The position numbers and the translations under genes are program-made. Below the pieces are notes generated by a model. That model was not told where the DNA came from, did not search any database, and saw only the letters and a program-made list of their open reading frames with translations. A stretch of 64,000 bases of DNA from the IMG/VR virus record IMGVR_UViG_3300036769_000253; one strand, 5' to 3'. This stretch comes from a virus (taxonomy: Duplodnaviria > Heunggongvirae > Uroviricota > Caudoviricetes). Positions 46,694 to 58,202 of the stretch are shown here, piece after piece (within the stretch, counting starts at the first letter, position 1; the number at the start of each line of letters is the position of its first letter).

Positions 46694-49600
46694 TTATACT
46701 TTTGCAAGTTGTAATTCATTAATGATTTTTTCTAATTGAGCAACCTTCTGGAAGAGCCATTCAATTGTTGTATCTCTATCATCAAATTTATCATCAGGAT
46801 CAGATTCATCTTCAGTCGGAGCTTCATAGGTGAATTGTGTATTTGACGTAATATACGTTTTTTCAATAGTTTCTTTAGTTAAATAATCATTTGCGTTTTC
46901 TGCCGCCATCGACCCCGCATCACTAATTTTAGTTAATGTAAGTGTTGGAATATCATCAGCAGTTAAAGCTCTAACCGATGCACTTACTTTACCATCTTCT
47001 TGAGATACTTTTTCTATTATCTGACCTGTTTCGGCTGAAATCTCTGTCATATCAAGATCTTGTATTGCCGTTTCTCTAGAATTAATTTCTTCTAAAATAG
47101 CTTTTTCTAAAGCAGCTAGTGCAGTATTTAATGAATCTGTATTAGATAATAAAGTTGCTCCAGAATAACTATGTGTAAATCCTGTAATTGATAAACTTCC
47201 AATATAATTTTTAGATTCTGTAAAAGCTCCAGCAGAAGCATTTAAAGTTAAATCAGTTACTACATTACCTTCATCTTCATCAGTTAAACTAGGAAGCGGA
47301 ATTGTAACTGTATGAGATGCTAAATCTGTTACGTGACCTGCTTTATCAACTTTAACAGAAAGAGCTCTAAATGTTTTTCCAAAAGCTGGGTATTGATCAG
47401 TCGTTTCCCCTCTTGACTCATCTTCTGTTCTAAGCTCCATATGTTTAATAACTAACTTATGATCATCTTTAGAATCTACATCTAAAGTAATCCATTTGTT
47501 ATTTGGTTGAATAGAAAGTGTATCTAAAATTCCACTAGCAATAATCTCTTTAATATCATCTGATGAAGTAGTATCATACTCTTTATAAATTTTAAAAGTT
47601 TTAAAACTATTTGGCAGAGTATAAGTACAAGTTGCTTTTGAGGTTATATGTCCTGCCTCATCATAAGATAAAGTAGGAATTGAAAAAGTATTTCCACTTT
47701 CATTAAAGTCTACTGTTGAAGTACTTGTGGTAATGGTATGAATATCATGTGAGAATGTTAATGAATTTGTTGTTTCATCAACACTATCAATTCTAATCCA
47801 TTTATTACCAGAATTTAATACCAGTGTATCTTGAGTATTATCTGCTTCAACTGTTGTAATTGTTGGCGTATCTGTTGCATTTTCTATAGTACTAGAGCCA
47901 CGTCCATTAGTTTTAATATATTTAAACCCATAAGGAAGTATATATTCATGTGGCTGATTAGCTTTTATATGACCAGCTTCATCAAAGGTAATATCTTTAA
48001 GAGTAATAGCATCTTCTTTAGAACTATTTAAATTAGTTTCATTTTTTTCTGTTTTTTCATCTATGCTATGAACCTCATGTGCAATTATCACAATATCATT
48101 TTCTGCATCATTGGCAATTTTAATCCAATTATTACCTGGGTTTATTGTCAATTCATCTTGAGTATTATCTGCGACTATAGGTTTTTTTTGATCATCTTTT
48201 ATCTCTATATCTTTAACACTTGAATTTGTTCCATCAGTCTTAATCGTTTTAAAACCATAAGGTAAAGTATAAGTATGCTTTTGGTTAGTTTGTACATGTC
48301 CAGTTGTATCAAACGTAATGTCTTGAATAGTTATCGTATCTTCTTTAGGATCATTTAAATCCGTTCCTGACTTAGCTGTTTCATCTACCGTTTTTGGACG
48401 ATGATTTAAGGTAATTTTTGGTTCATTAACATTAGAATCTACTGTTATTTTTAACCAATCATCTCCTTCATGTTGTGCACTATGAAGTCTTCCATAATCA
48501 TCTACAATCATAATTTGACCAGGAACCATTTTATGGAATCTTGCAATAATATCTTGTAAATAGTTAATACATCCATTTACAGTTCTAGTATCACGAGTTA
48601 AATCATCATCATATTCAAGCACTTGATTTGTCTTTAAAATTAATCCATTTTGAGTATTAAGATTTTTTGCATAATCTTTTAATTTTACCATATCCCAAGC
48701 ATTAGTTCTTTTTCCAAGAACTAATGTAGCTGGCACTTTTTTAGCCTCAAAGTTCCAAATAGCTCCCTTGTTATAAGTTCCAGTTTCATCTTCCATAACA
48801 TAAAGAGAATCTCGCTTATAAAGAGTTTTTTGATCTGAAATCGTATCATCCTTAACTAAAGTATAATTATCTTCTCCATTTATCGTTTCTTTTTCATAAT
48901 ATTCATAAGGTTCATAAACATTTTCTAATGTTACCTCTTTAACATCTGTTAAAGTAAAATATGGAGCTTTATCTTCCATATAAGATTTATTTGTTGCTAA
49001 AAGATAACTTCCGTCACTTTCATAATGATAAACTCCAGATTGATAAAATTCATTCTGTTGAGTAAAAGCTTTATCACTTTCTTTTAAATCTTCTTGTTTA
49101 ATACTACCAGTTTCTTTATTGTACCCTAATACATAATAAGTAGTATCTTTTTTTGGATCAATATCTGTTTTTCTTACCACATCAAAGCTTTGTGATCCTG
49201 TAGATAATTCGCTTGAATATGTATAAAAAAGACCATCTACAAAAGAAATTAAGCTAAAAGGTTTTCCTAAATCTAATACAATAGAGTTTGTTACTGGTTC
49301 TAATTTTTCAGTTTGTCGGTAATATTCCTTTGATGCATCATAAGGATCTGAAGATAATTTATATATATCATTATCATAAATATAATATAATCCACTTATA
49401 TAATTTGTTTCATCAACATTAATTTTTTCATATACAGTTATAACTTGATATTTGTTACCATCCTCAACGATCTGACTTGCTATTGAATAATAAACAGTTT
49501 TTGGTTGAGCTGTTTCATTTTTATCTAAGATATAAGATACTGTAGCAATACTGTATGATGGATTATTATAAGCTTCCTCTAAAACTGATTCTGCGGTAAA

Positions 49601-52138
49601 TTCTGAACCATCTTCTCTTGTTCCGCCTTCAATCTCAAACCAAGAAGGAGATCCACTGGATTTCTGATAATATTTTACTCCATTAGCAAGATTTCTTTTA
49701 AGATCACTTAATTCCATATTTTTATCAACTACATTATATTGCGCATAGTAATAAACCCCGGGGATATAAATCCCATTATAATTATGTTCTGGAATCTTTG
49801 TTATTTCTATTGCATTTTCTTGATGAAAAATTAAATAAGTTCTATTTTTGGTAATAGATAAAGAGTTATCTATCGTATATCCCTCTTTAGATGTCTGTTG
49901 TTCATCTTCCCACTCATCTTCTTTTTTATACCAATAAGTTTTTGGTGTATATTCGGCAGATAAACTAACGGGATCACTTATAGTAACATTATAATAAGTT
50001 TTTCCACTATAATATTTTGTATCATAAATATAATCAGAATGCAGTTTTATATATTCTGCTTTTGCAGCTTCTCGACCTGCATCTTCTTTGATACCTTCAT
50101 AAATACTATCCGGAATATCTATATTTCCAGTATAATCTCTATATCTGCATATTATTTCTTGTCCATTACTATCTTGTAATGTTGGTGGAAAAGGATTAAG
50201 ATTAACTTCAGAGTATTCATTCTCTACATTAAGATATCTTTCATAATATGGACCTTTACTTTCCTTTTCTGCTTGAACATATGTATTATCATCTTTTTTA
50301 ATAAAATATTCTAAAATATTTGCATTACTTGGTAAAGAAGATATTTCTTTATATTCATAATTCTCTTTTGAAAGTTCTGTATATTCATAAGTTTTATGTT
50401 TTCTATAATATTCCCCAGTAGACTTAACACAATAAATTCTATCTTCATTAAAAGCACCTATAGAATTATTTGTATTTTCTGGATCAATAGAATCACTATC
50501 ATTCACAGAAGCAATGATCATACCCATTAAATCATGTGCTGTATTAATGGATCCCGCTAATGTATTAACCTCAGCTTTATTATATATGTTAGTACCATGC
50601 CCAACTAATCGCAGCCCTTGACGATTTAGAGTATTTTTTGCGTCTTCCCAAGAAATATCAGTATTTCTTTTACTAGTTTTACCAATTTCACTATTGGTTG
50701 TTCTACCACCATAAATAAGATCCCAAACATGCGCTATAGTATCTCCAACGCCTGGAAGCATAATAGAAAGCTCTTGAATGTCTTCCATTGGTTTTAAATC
50801 TATATAGCCATCATGCGGATTATATACTGTTCCACTTAATCCAGTAGGTAATAAAGAAATATTATCTTTTTGATCCCAGTTTACTTTTGGATTATAATTG
50901 TTTCTTCCTAATACAGATAAATCTTCACTATAACTAATAATATCAGAATCAAAGCCATCTTTATTAAAATAAATTGCCGCATCTATAAAATTTTTATCAG
51001 TTCCCCATGATGAATTTTCTTCATCATAATAAGTTTCTATTTTTTTATTTTCTAAACTAGAATAATAATCTCTTTTCCAATAAGTTTTTTGATCTGATGG
51101 ATAAAAAGTTTCATCAGAAGTTAATGAAATTGAAGTATTTGGTATCCAATCACCATTTTGCGCAAGCTGCTTTCCTTTTAAACTGCTATTTGCAGATTTA
51201 ATTCTTACGCCCCATTGAGGTTGCCAATGAACTTTATAATAAACATTTGTGCTATCTGTATCGAAATGAGGAACGATTGGTAACATTGTTGGTGCATCTG
51301 CTGATATTGCAAATGTTGGCACAACAGTATTTAATTCTGCAACCATTACATATTTTTCAGATCCACTAGAATAAACTTTTTGCCAAACAGTTGAATCAAA
51401 TCCTCTACTATCTCCATACCAAGCAATATCTATAGAATGATTCTTAACATAAGTTGTATCACTAGCACTTAATTCTTTCCATGTAACTGGATATTGATTA
51501 TTTGAATTTACTGTTTCTTCAACAGTGGCAATCCAGAATGATTCCGTTGTATTCGTTGTATAAGATTTTCCAGCCTCAACAGGAAGAATATTTCCTATTT
51601 GATTATAATCTTGTGATAAAATTTGTAAAATACCATTAACAATATAGGTTTTATTCGTAGTTAAACTCTCTGGATCATAAGAAGATCCTTTTTCACTTTT
51701 ATATTTTTTATAATCTTCTTCAGTAACCTCTAAATACTTTCCAGAACCAAGATTTTTTACATATATTGTATCTTTATTAGCATTAAAACGTCGTTTGTAT
51801 GGACCCACTCGAACAATAGTTTTATTTGCAACAATATTATTTTGCGTTACTGTTCCACCAAAAACCTTATTATTTTCTTTGAATTCTGTAATTATAATAA
51901 GATTTGAATCAAGTAAAGACTGTTTCGTATCAGCGGCAGTATACATATCTAATCCATCGTAATAGAAGTCTTTGAATGAATCTTCCTGTATTTCACTATC
52001 ATATTCAACTAATACAAATCTACCTGCATAAACTCCATCAAGTCCGCAATTTAAATCCATTGTATATCTATTTGAATATATTTTATCGAACTGAAATTGA
52101 GTTCTTGATGTATTTGTTATATTACCATAAAATCCCAT
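46694..52138 (-). CDS. Large tail/fibre protein (1814 aa)
   Basis: Tyr-rich central region and four ~100-aa C-terminal repeats with W(I/L).I, H and D..GH motifs. Confidence 0.7.
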   Translation of the reverse strand: MGFYGNITNTSRTQFQFDKIYSNRYTMDLNCGLDGVYAGRFVLVEYDSEIQEDSFKDFYYDGLDMYTAADTKQSLLDSNLIIITEFKENNKVFGGTVTQNNIVANKTIVRVGPYKRRFNANKDTIYVKNLGSGKYLEVTEEDYKKYKSEKGSSYDPESLTTNKTYIVNGILQILSQDYNQIGNILPVEAGKSYTTNTTESFWIATVEETVNSNNQYPVTWKELSASDTTYVKNHSIDIAWYGDSRGFDSTVWQKVYSSGSEKYVMVAELNTVVPTFAISADAPTMLPIVPHFDTDSTNVYYKVHWQPQWGVRIKSANSSLKGKQLAQNGDWIPNTSISLTSDETFYPSDQKTYWKRDYYSSLENKKIETYYDEENSSWGTDKNFIDAAIYFNKDGFDSDIISYSEDLSVLGRNNYNPKVNWDQKDNISLLPTGLSGTVYNPHDGYIDLKPMEDIQELSIMLPGVGDTIAHVWDLIYGGRTTNSEIGKTSKRNTDISWEDAKNTLNRQGLRLVGHGTNIYNKAEVNTLAGSINTAHDLMGMIIASVNDSDSIDPENTNNSIGAFNEDRIYCVKSTGEYYRKHKTYEYTELSKENYEYKEISSLPSNANILEYFIKKDDNTYVQAEKESKGPYYERYLNVENEYSEVNLNPFPPTLQDSNGQEIICRYRDYTGNIDIPDSIYEGIKEDAGREAAKAEYIKLHSDYIYDTKYYSGKTYYNVTISDPVSLSAEYTPKTYWYKKEDEWEDEQQTSKEGYTIDNSLSITKNRTYLIFHQENAIEITKIPEHNYNGIYIPGVYYYAQYNVVDKNMELSDLKRNLANGVKYYQKSSGSPSWFEIEGGTREDGSEFTAESVLEEAYNNPSYSIATVSYILDKNETAQPKTVYYSIASQIVEDGNKYQVITVYEKINVDETNYISGLYYIYDNDIYKLSSDPYDASKEYYRQTEKLEPVTNSIVLDLGKPFSLISFVDGLFYTYSSELSTGSQSFDVVRKTDIDPKKDTTYYVLGYNKETGSIKQEDLKESDKAFTQQNEFYQSGVYHYESDGSYLLATNKSYMEDKAPYFTLTDVKEVTLENVYEPYEYYEKETINGEDNYTLVKDDTISDQKTLYKRDSLYVMEDETGTYNKGAIWNFEAKKVPATLVLGKRTNAWDMVKLKDYAKNLNTQNGLILKTNQVLEYDDDLTRDTRTVNGCINYLQDIIARFHKMVPGQIMIVDDYGRLHSAQHEGDDWLKITVDSNVNEPKITLNHRPKTVDETAKSGTDLNDPKEDTITIQDITFDTTGHVQTNQKHTYTLPYGFKTIKTDGTNSSVKDIEIKDDQKKPIVADNTQDELTINPGNNWIKIANDAENDIVIIAHEVHSIDEKTEKNETNLNSSKEDAITLKDITFDEAGHIKANQPHEYILPYGFKYIKTNGRGSSTIENATDTPTITTVEADNTQDTLVLNSGNKWIRIDSVDETTNSLTFSHDIHTITTSTSTVDFNESGNTFSIPTLSYDEAGHITSKATCTYTLPNSFKTFKIYKEYDTTSSDDIKEIIASGILDTLSIQPNNKWITLDVDSKDDHKLVIKHMELRTEDESRGETTDQYPAFGKTFRALSVKVDKAGHVTDLASHTVTIPLPSLTDEDEGNVVTDLTLNASAGAFTESKNYIGSLSITGFTHSYSGATLLSNTDSLNTALAALEKAILEEINSRETAIQDLDMTEISAETGQIIEKVSQEDGKVSASVRALTADDIPTLTLTKISDAGSMAAENANDYLTKETIEKTYITSNTQFTYEAPTEDESDPDDKFDDRDTTIEWLFQKVAQLEKIINELQLAKV

Positions 52139-52142
52139 TCAA

Positions 52143-52493
52143 TCAATCCTCCCCATTATCATAAATAATATCCACTATTAAATAAGCGTTATTATTTTCT
52201 GAAATTAATTTCATTGAATCTGCATCAAAAGAAATTGCGCTAATTTCAGTCTCTTCACTTAAATCTAATTCATAAATTCCTGTACTACCAATAATGATGG
52301 GGTCAACCCCATCATTAAGGTAGAATTTAGTTCCAGGAAGAGCTTGAATACCTAGCTGAAGAACTGGGAAGTTATCTCCAAAAACAGAACCAGAAACAAA
52401 ATCTGAACGTTTTGAACTGGTCGGCTGATTTTTAGTTATACCTGCGGCTGATGGCTCATTATAGTAACGATATTGTTTTACTTTTTTTGCCAT
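52143..52493 (-). CDS. Small baseplate-region protein
   Basis: PGTKFYLN..IIIGSTGIY resembles PGAMIYIDG..IKIGATGSY in 55412-57988. Confidence 0.55.
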   Translation of the reverse strand: MAKKVKQYRYYNEPSAAGITKNQPTSSKRSDFVSGSVFGDNFPVLQLGIQALPGTKFYLNDGVDPIIIGSTGIYELDLSEETEISAISFDADSMKLISENNNAYLIVDIIYDNGED

Positions 52494-52508
52494 ATTCTCC
52501 TTATCCTC

Positions 52509-55415
52509 CTAATATATTCTATCTACAGCTTTTGTCGCTGTAATTGACATTGTTCCATTATAATTTAATGGTAACGTAATTCTTGTAACGATATATTCAC
52601 CATTAATACCACTATTATCATCTCTTACAAATATTCTAGTATTTGGTTGAAGATAATATACTGGTAGTGCATTAATAGTAATTGTCTCTGTGCAATAAGA
52701 ATATTGATAGAGAAAATCATCTAATGCATCTTGCGCAGATTTTCCTTGAGAGCTAATAGTAAATAAATTCTCTAAATAACTTTGTAATTTAAAGAAAGTA
52801 TAACCTGGCTTCAAGTCTTTCTGCTTGTCTATTTCTTCCTGTATCTTCTTTTGCAGTTGATCTTCTGTTAAAGGCCCTAAAGTATTATCCTTAGCCATTT
52901 CAACTTCCCAAGCTTCTCTAATATCATCTTCAATCTGCGCGGGATCCAAAAAAATAACAGTCGGTGTATCTCTAAAATAAATGGCTTTTACATCAGAATC
53001 ATTAACAGATTTGGGCCTATCTCCAACATTACGAACTGAGTATTGAGAAAGGTCACCACCATCGTTATCTAAAAAATCAAACCAAAAATTTAAACTTTCT
53101 GGTGATTCTGAAATTGTCTTACTCCAATGGGATTCTGAATCAAATTCATCTTCTACTTTACAATAATAGATTCTATCAACTTCAAAAGTATCTTTAGACG
53201 TACCTTGCTTTAAATAATAAAAACTTGTTTTATCTTTATTAAAAGTTTCTTCTGTAATTTTTCTAACTGTATATGTACCATATAAAGTCAAAGAATAATA
53301 TTGCGTTTTTGAATCATACTCATCTGAACTTGTACACTGTTCATACCAATAATAGTCTTCTGGCTTCGCTTCATATGCAGATTTATAACATCCAGATATT
53401 GAATAAGTATAAGTATAATCTGGGTTATATAAATCTCTCCAAAAGGAATATAAATCTGTGTAATACATTTCATATCCAGTATATCCGCTAGAATAAAAGT
53501 TTGGATTATTTGTAGCTACCTGAGAAACAAAATCATCTTCTTTATGATGCTGAATATAATCAACTGCCATTTGGTAAATTATCTCTCTCCAATCACAGAT
53601 AGTTGCTTCCATATTTGCTACTTTATCTTTAATTTCATCAGTAAGCGTAAATTCTGGAATTTGCGGTTTATAAATATAAGAAGTCCAGCCTTTCTCATAT
53701 TTACAGTTTAATAAATAAGTATAAGTATGCTCGCAAGTTTTATGATTAACATTTGGATCAGCTGTCAGCGAAGATGGATTATGGCCTATATAAGCTAAAT
53801 CTCCATTAGAATCAACATCAAATAAAAATAATAATTTTGAAGCATTCCATCTAACATCGTTACCTATTCCAAAGTATTGCTCCAAATCAATTTTTGTATA
53901 TTCAGTCCAATAGTTACTTAATTTTTGGTCTGGAAGTGCACCAGTTAAATATTCATAATATTTTGCCCAGTCTTCAATTTCCCACCAATTATCATCTAAT
54001 CCTTCGGGCATTGTGTGAGTCCTAAAAGAATCTTTTGTAACTATAGATGATCCAAAAGAGCCAAGATTTTCTATATTATCATAATACTCTTGAGTCATAT
54101 ATAAATGACCACCTAAAGTTTGATAAATATATGGCTTTTTATCTATCGCATATCTTAAATGAACTGGTAATTCTGAACCACTAACTGATGTGCGCGTGCC
54201 CCATATAGAAAAATCATTTTTTAAATTAGCTAAATCTGGAGAGTTTGAAAATGAAGTAATTAAATTACTATCATCAAATGAATAATCATCCGCAGATAAG
54301 TATGCTGAATTATCTACATATGTTTCATCATCTGTTGTTGTAATATTATTCCAAGATACATTTGTATAAGTCTTTTTTCTTTGAAAGATAAATCTGCCAT
54401 CAAGATCATAAAAATATTCAAAATCTCCCAACATATTTTTAATCTTATCAAGACAGGAAGAAGTTAATGACTCTCCTACATTTCCAATTAAATCTCCTGC
54501 ATATGTTAATGAAGTTTCTCTATATCCAACAACATCTCCATAAGTGACTCTAATTACTGTATATGGCGTTTTTGTTGTATCTGATTTAACATATATATAA
54601 GTTGGGTCTGCCGCATTTGTATTTAATGAAATTCGATGATCATATCTCCCTTTGATAGCATCTGACTCAAGATTCCCTAAAGTTATATTATCTTTAAACA
54701 CTCCATCTATATTATAACCATAATATCCGCCTTGATTTTCATTAAAAGACATTCCAGTTACTTCATTTGAGTTTTGGTTGACTATAAGAAACATGTCAGT
54801 TGAACCTCGGTATTCCAAAAGCTCAACACCGCAATCTTCCAAATCATTGATTACAATATTATGATAAGGCTCTTGCGCAAACTCATGTACTATTTCTCGA
54901 ATAATATCTTTAATTTCAATGGATTCATTAATAGTATCACCTTCCGCAGTGATATAATCCATTGTACCAAAATCATATGTTAATGAGTATATAGAACCTC
55001 CAATATCTCCATTTAATAAACACATCTTATCTTTTCCAGAAATTGAAATTGTATAAGAAGATGTTCCTTGAGATGTGCTGAATGAAGTAATTAAATAAAT
55101 ACCTTGCGGAAACCAAATAATATCTGGATATTTACTATTTATTTTATTCTTCATTCCAACAGCAAGTTTGAATTTTGTATTCATGCCCCAATAATATTCA
55201 TGAATATTCATTTCTTGTGCGACCATGGATAAAGAACATGTGCGGCGGACCGCAGAGGTCCCATCAATACTGACAGAACCTTGCGTTACTCTACCTGACA
55301 CTTCTTCTACTGGATTTTCATTTAAATCTAAGGCGATAATTTTGGTATATATTTCACGTTCTTTTTGATTATCCAATTCTTTTAAAAAATCTTTATCATA
55401 TAACGGATTTCTCAT
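52509..55415 (-). CDS. Baseplate hub/Tal-like protein with insertion
   Basis: N-terminal GSVSIDGTSAVRRTCSL, FYDLDGRFIFQ and C-terminal LP.YYL.PN..I.V......G.Y....I.....GTMSITA hub-like pattern. Confidence 0.6.
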   Translation of the reverse strand: MRNPLYDKDFLKELDNQKEREIYTKIIALDLNENPVEEVSGRVTQGSVSIDGTSAVRRTCSLSMVAQEMNIHEYYWGMNTKFKLAVGMKNKINSKYPDIIWFPQGIYLITSFSTSQGTSSYTISISGKDKMCLLNGDIGGSIYSLTYDFGTMDYITAEGDTINESIEIKDIIREIVHEFAQEPYHNIVINDLEDCGVELLEYRGSTDMFLIVNQNSNEVTGMSFNENQGGYYGYNIDGVFKDNITLGNLESDAIKGRYDHRISLNTNAADPTYIYVKSDTTKTPYTVIRVTYGDVVGYRETSLTYAGDLIGNVGESLTSSCLDKIKNMLGDFEYFYDLDGRFIFQRKKTYTNVSWNNITTTDDETYVDNSAYLSADDYSFDDSNLITSFSNSPDLANLKNDFSIWGTRTSVSGSELPVHLRYAIDKKPYIYQTLGGHLYMTQEYYDNIENLGSFGSSIVTKDSFRTHTMPEGLDDNWWEIEDWAKYYEYLTGALPDQKLSNYWTEYTKIDLEQYFGIGNDVRWNASKLLFLFDVDSNGDLAYIGHNPSSLTADPNVNHKTCEHTYTYLLNCKYEKGWTSYIYKPQIPEFTLTDEIKDKVANMEATICDWREIIYQMAVDYIQHHKEDDFVSQVATNNPNFYSSGYTGYEMYYTDLYSFWRDLYNPDYTYTYSISGCYKSAYEAKPEDYYWYEQCTSSDEYDSKTQYYSLTLYGTYTVRKITEETFNKDKTSFYYLKQGTSKDTFEVDRIYYCKVEDEFDSESHWSKTISESPESLNFWFDFLDNDGGDLSQYSVRNVGDRPKSVNDSDVKAIYFRDTPTVIFLDPAQIEDDIREAWEVEMAKDNTLGPLTEDQLQKKIQEEIDKQKDLKPGYTFFKLQSYLENLFTISSQGKSAQDALDDFLYQYSYCTETITINALPVYYLQPNTRIFVRDDNSGINGEYIVTRITLPLNYNGTMSITATKAVDRIY

Positions 55416-57988
55416 TCTATACCATTCGCCTCCTTATAATCTTTTATAGCCGTATCTAGCTCGCTAATAAAAATTTTATATTTCTCTTTTACATCTTCTC
55501 TTTTTCTATCTACATCATCAGTGCTACTATTTTCATTTGTTTTAACTGTCTCATAGTTTGATAATGCTGCTACATAATCTGCTTTTGCTTTTATTACCTC
55601 TGAGTCTCCACCTTCATCTTCTTCAAAGGAGTATACCGCAATTTGTTTTGAATAGCCAACCTCAGTGATAACTCCATTACTTGGGATAATAATTTTAACT
55701 TCATCAGTTGAAGCTATTTTATATTTTTCAGTTTCTGTAATGTCAATAATTTCACCATCAATAGAAATCTGAAATAAGTCATCTGTTATTTCCTGTGGAG
55801 TTTGATTTAAAGGTTTTGTTCCATCAAGATAATAATCTAAGTAAGGTGCAAATATATCAAAATTAGCATCAACATATACTCCTTCGCCAGGAATTTCTTT
55901 TCCGGCAGATCTTTTACATCTGATTTGATATAGTTTTAAAGTGTCTAATGATGTAATCTCATTCTGACACATAGCATCAGTATAATAAGTATAAGAATTA
56001 TATGGATTGAAATCACTTGCTTTCTCAACATTACAGAAAACATATTCAACATCTCTTTTAATAAATCTCGCCATAGATAATTTTAGAACACTAGTTCTAG
56101 TATCTTGAATATATGAATATACATCTGTATCTATCTTACCAATAATCTGTTGGCAAGGAACATCTTCAATATTAATCTGTTGAATGTTACCAAATATACT
56201 AACAGCTTTAGTTTGATAACTATAAGTCAATAATCCATAAGATAAAGAATCTACTGCAACTTCAATCTTATTAAATGGAGTTGTTGTAGCTTGCGCGGAA
56301 TATGATCCAGTAGCACCAATCTTAATAGATTCTCCATCTATATAAATCATTGCGCCAGGCATCATATCGACAAAGAATACTGAATAAGCCACTTTATCAT
56401 TTACTTGGATTTTCTCTCTTTTATCATCTTCACTTAATGTTTTCTTTATTGCAAGCAAATCAACTGTTGTCCATCTAGTCATTGTTTTAAGATTCTCTGT
56501 TGGATCAATAAGTCCGTAGTATTCTAGGTTATCTGTGGTATAATCCGCAATTTCGTATGCTGTACAAGTAAATGTGTGGAGCATGCGGCCGACCGTATCA
56601 TTTGGACTCAAAGATACATTCATTAATCGAACAATAAAGTTACCTTCTGTTGGAGACCTAAATATCTTTGCATTACCATCTGTAAGCCATTCTAAAACAG
56701 CTGTCTTAAAGATTCTTTCAGCCGTAATATTTTCACCAGTCAAATCTGTAATGTTTGAGGAAATCCCCAACTCTTCCTTAGTCATGAACAATTCTGCTTC
56801 GTCCATTTGATAAGAAATTAGTCCAGAAAGAGCTAACTCAACATAGTTAACGTTGCCATTTCTTGTTATAAAAGGATGCTTACTTCCCATTGTTTCTGTC
56901 TTAGTTTCGAGAATATCATTCTTAAAAGTTGAAACTTTAGGATTGAAACGAATTTTTAATTGGCGTTCGCCATCATATAAAAAGGCATCCTCAAAGTCCG
57001 CAAAAATATCTTTAGAACATAATCTATCTGAGTAAATTCCATTTTCATTATATTGTTGTAATGAATATCTATATGTTGCTCCTTGTTCAATCGTGCAATC
57101 AAGAAGACTCCATTGATCTGGAATCATTGACTGAAGATCAAATCGTCTAAACTCTTCCCAAGCGTATCCATTTAAACTACTTGCACGAGAGATTAAGAAA
57201 GTTCCAGAAACAACACTATCAATAGTATCATTCATTGTTAATAGAATATTTCCATTATCTTGGTCTAATGTAGCAACCAATTCTGCATTAATTTCTGGAC
57301 TAATTGATCTACGTTGCATTATTCTATATCTATTAGAACTTTTTTCTAATCCATTAGTGGATGTAATAGAAAATTGAATATAATAAGATTTATCAAGAGA
57401 TAAGTCTATTGATAGTAAAAATTCTTCTTGAGATTCATCTGGGGTTATATCATTATTAATATTATGAATAATTTCACCAGAATCTTTTATTAAAACATCA
57501 TTACTATCATATACTTTAAATCTTGATGAGTACATTTTTTCAGTTGAATCTTGATTATCTCCAGCCTGACTATAAACTCCAACATATCTATAATTGTGCA
57601 TATTAACAGAACCAAAAGTCAATCCACTAATTACTACAGAAGGCTCTGTTGTATATTTAATGACTCCAACAGTAGAATAGTAACCAACTACGCCACCTTT
57701 ACTCACATAAGCTAATTGAATTTTATAATATTGCCCAATATTTAATTGACTTTTAATTGAGGTGACATCAAATTGAACATACATATCTGATTGCATATCA
57801 TAGTCTGTGGAATTTGATGTTTTTAAAACAGCGATTTGATTGCCACTTACAGTCTTTATTTTTAATCTAAATCCGGCTACTTCTATTCTTGACACTGCTC
57901 TATTCATAGAAAACGGGACCACTAAGGTGGTCCCGCAGAAAGCCGGAATTGTGCCTCCTATGCTAGGCGGGTACAATTTTGTAGCCAT
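55412..57988 (-). CDS. Tail/baseplate protein with Fn3/Dit-like segments
   Basis: Beta-rich; ETMGSKHPF..RNG, WLTDG.AKIFRSPTEGN pattern; position in the baseplate block. Confidence 0.5.
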   Translation of the reverse strand: MATKLYPPSIGGTIPAFCGTTLVVPFSMNRAVSRIEVAGFRLKIKTVSGNQIAVLKTSNSTDYDMQSDMYVQFDVTSIKSQLNIGQYYKIQLAYVSKGGVVGYYSTVGVIKYTTEPSVVISGLTFGSVNMHNYRYVGVYSQAGDNQDSTEKMYSSRFKVYDSNDVLIKDSGEIIHNINNDITPDESQEEFLLSIDLSLDKSYYIQFSITSTNGLEKSSNRYRIMQRRSISPEINAELVATLDQDNGNILLTMNDTIDSVVSGTFLISRASSLNGYAWEEFRRFDLQSMIPDQWSLLDCTIEQGATYRYSLQQYNENGIYSDRLCSKDIFADFEDAFLYDGERQLKIRFNPKVSTFKNDILETKTETMGSKHPFITRNGNVNYVELALSGLISYQMDEAELFMTKEELGISSNITDLTGENITAERIFKTAVLEWLTDGNAKIFRSPTEGNFIVRLMNVSLSPNDTVGRMLHTFTCTAYEIADYTTDNLEYYGLIDPTENLKTMTRWTTVDLLAIKKTLSEDDKREKIQVNDKVAYSVFFVDMMPGAMIYIDGESIKIGATGSYSAQATTTPFNKIEVAVDSLSYGLLTYSYQTKAVSIFGNIQQINIEDVPCQQIIGKIDTDVYSYIQDTRTSVLKLSMARFIKRDVEYVFCNVEKASDFNPYNSYTYYTDAMCQNEITSLDTLKLYQIRCKRSAGKEIPGEGVYVDANFDIFAPYLDYYLDGTKPLNQTPQEITDDLFQISIDGEIIDITETEKYKIASTDEVKIIIPSNGVITEVGYSKQIAVYSFEEDEGGDSEVIKAKADYVAALSNYETVKTNENSSTDDVDRKREDVKEKYKIFISELDTAIKDYKEANGIE

Positions 57989-57994
57989 ATTCTT

Positions 57995-58198
57995 TTACTC
58001 CTCTTTTTCTGTTTCAGTTTCCTCTTCTGCAATCGGAACTTCTTCAAGCTCTACTCCGAGAGATTTTGCGGTTTCAGAAATAATTCCTTGTAAAGCTTCA
58101 AGGCATTTAGCCATCATAAGAGTATCTTTTCCTTTTGTTGAAATTAACAAAAGAGTATTATATGTTTTAATAAGTTCTGAAATCTGTTCTGTAGTCAT
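57995..58198 (-). CDS. Small acidic hypothetical protein
   Basis: Likely ATG at 58198 after GGAGGAG. Confidence 0.6.
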   Translation of the reverse strand: MTTEQISELIKTYNTLLLISTKGKDTLMMAKCLEALQGIISETAKSLGVELEEVPIAEEETETEKEE

Positions 58199-58202
58199 TA
58201 TA

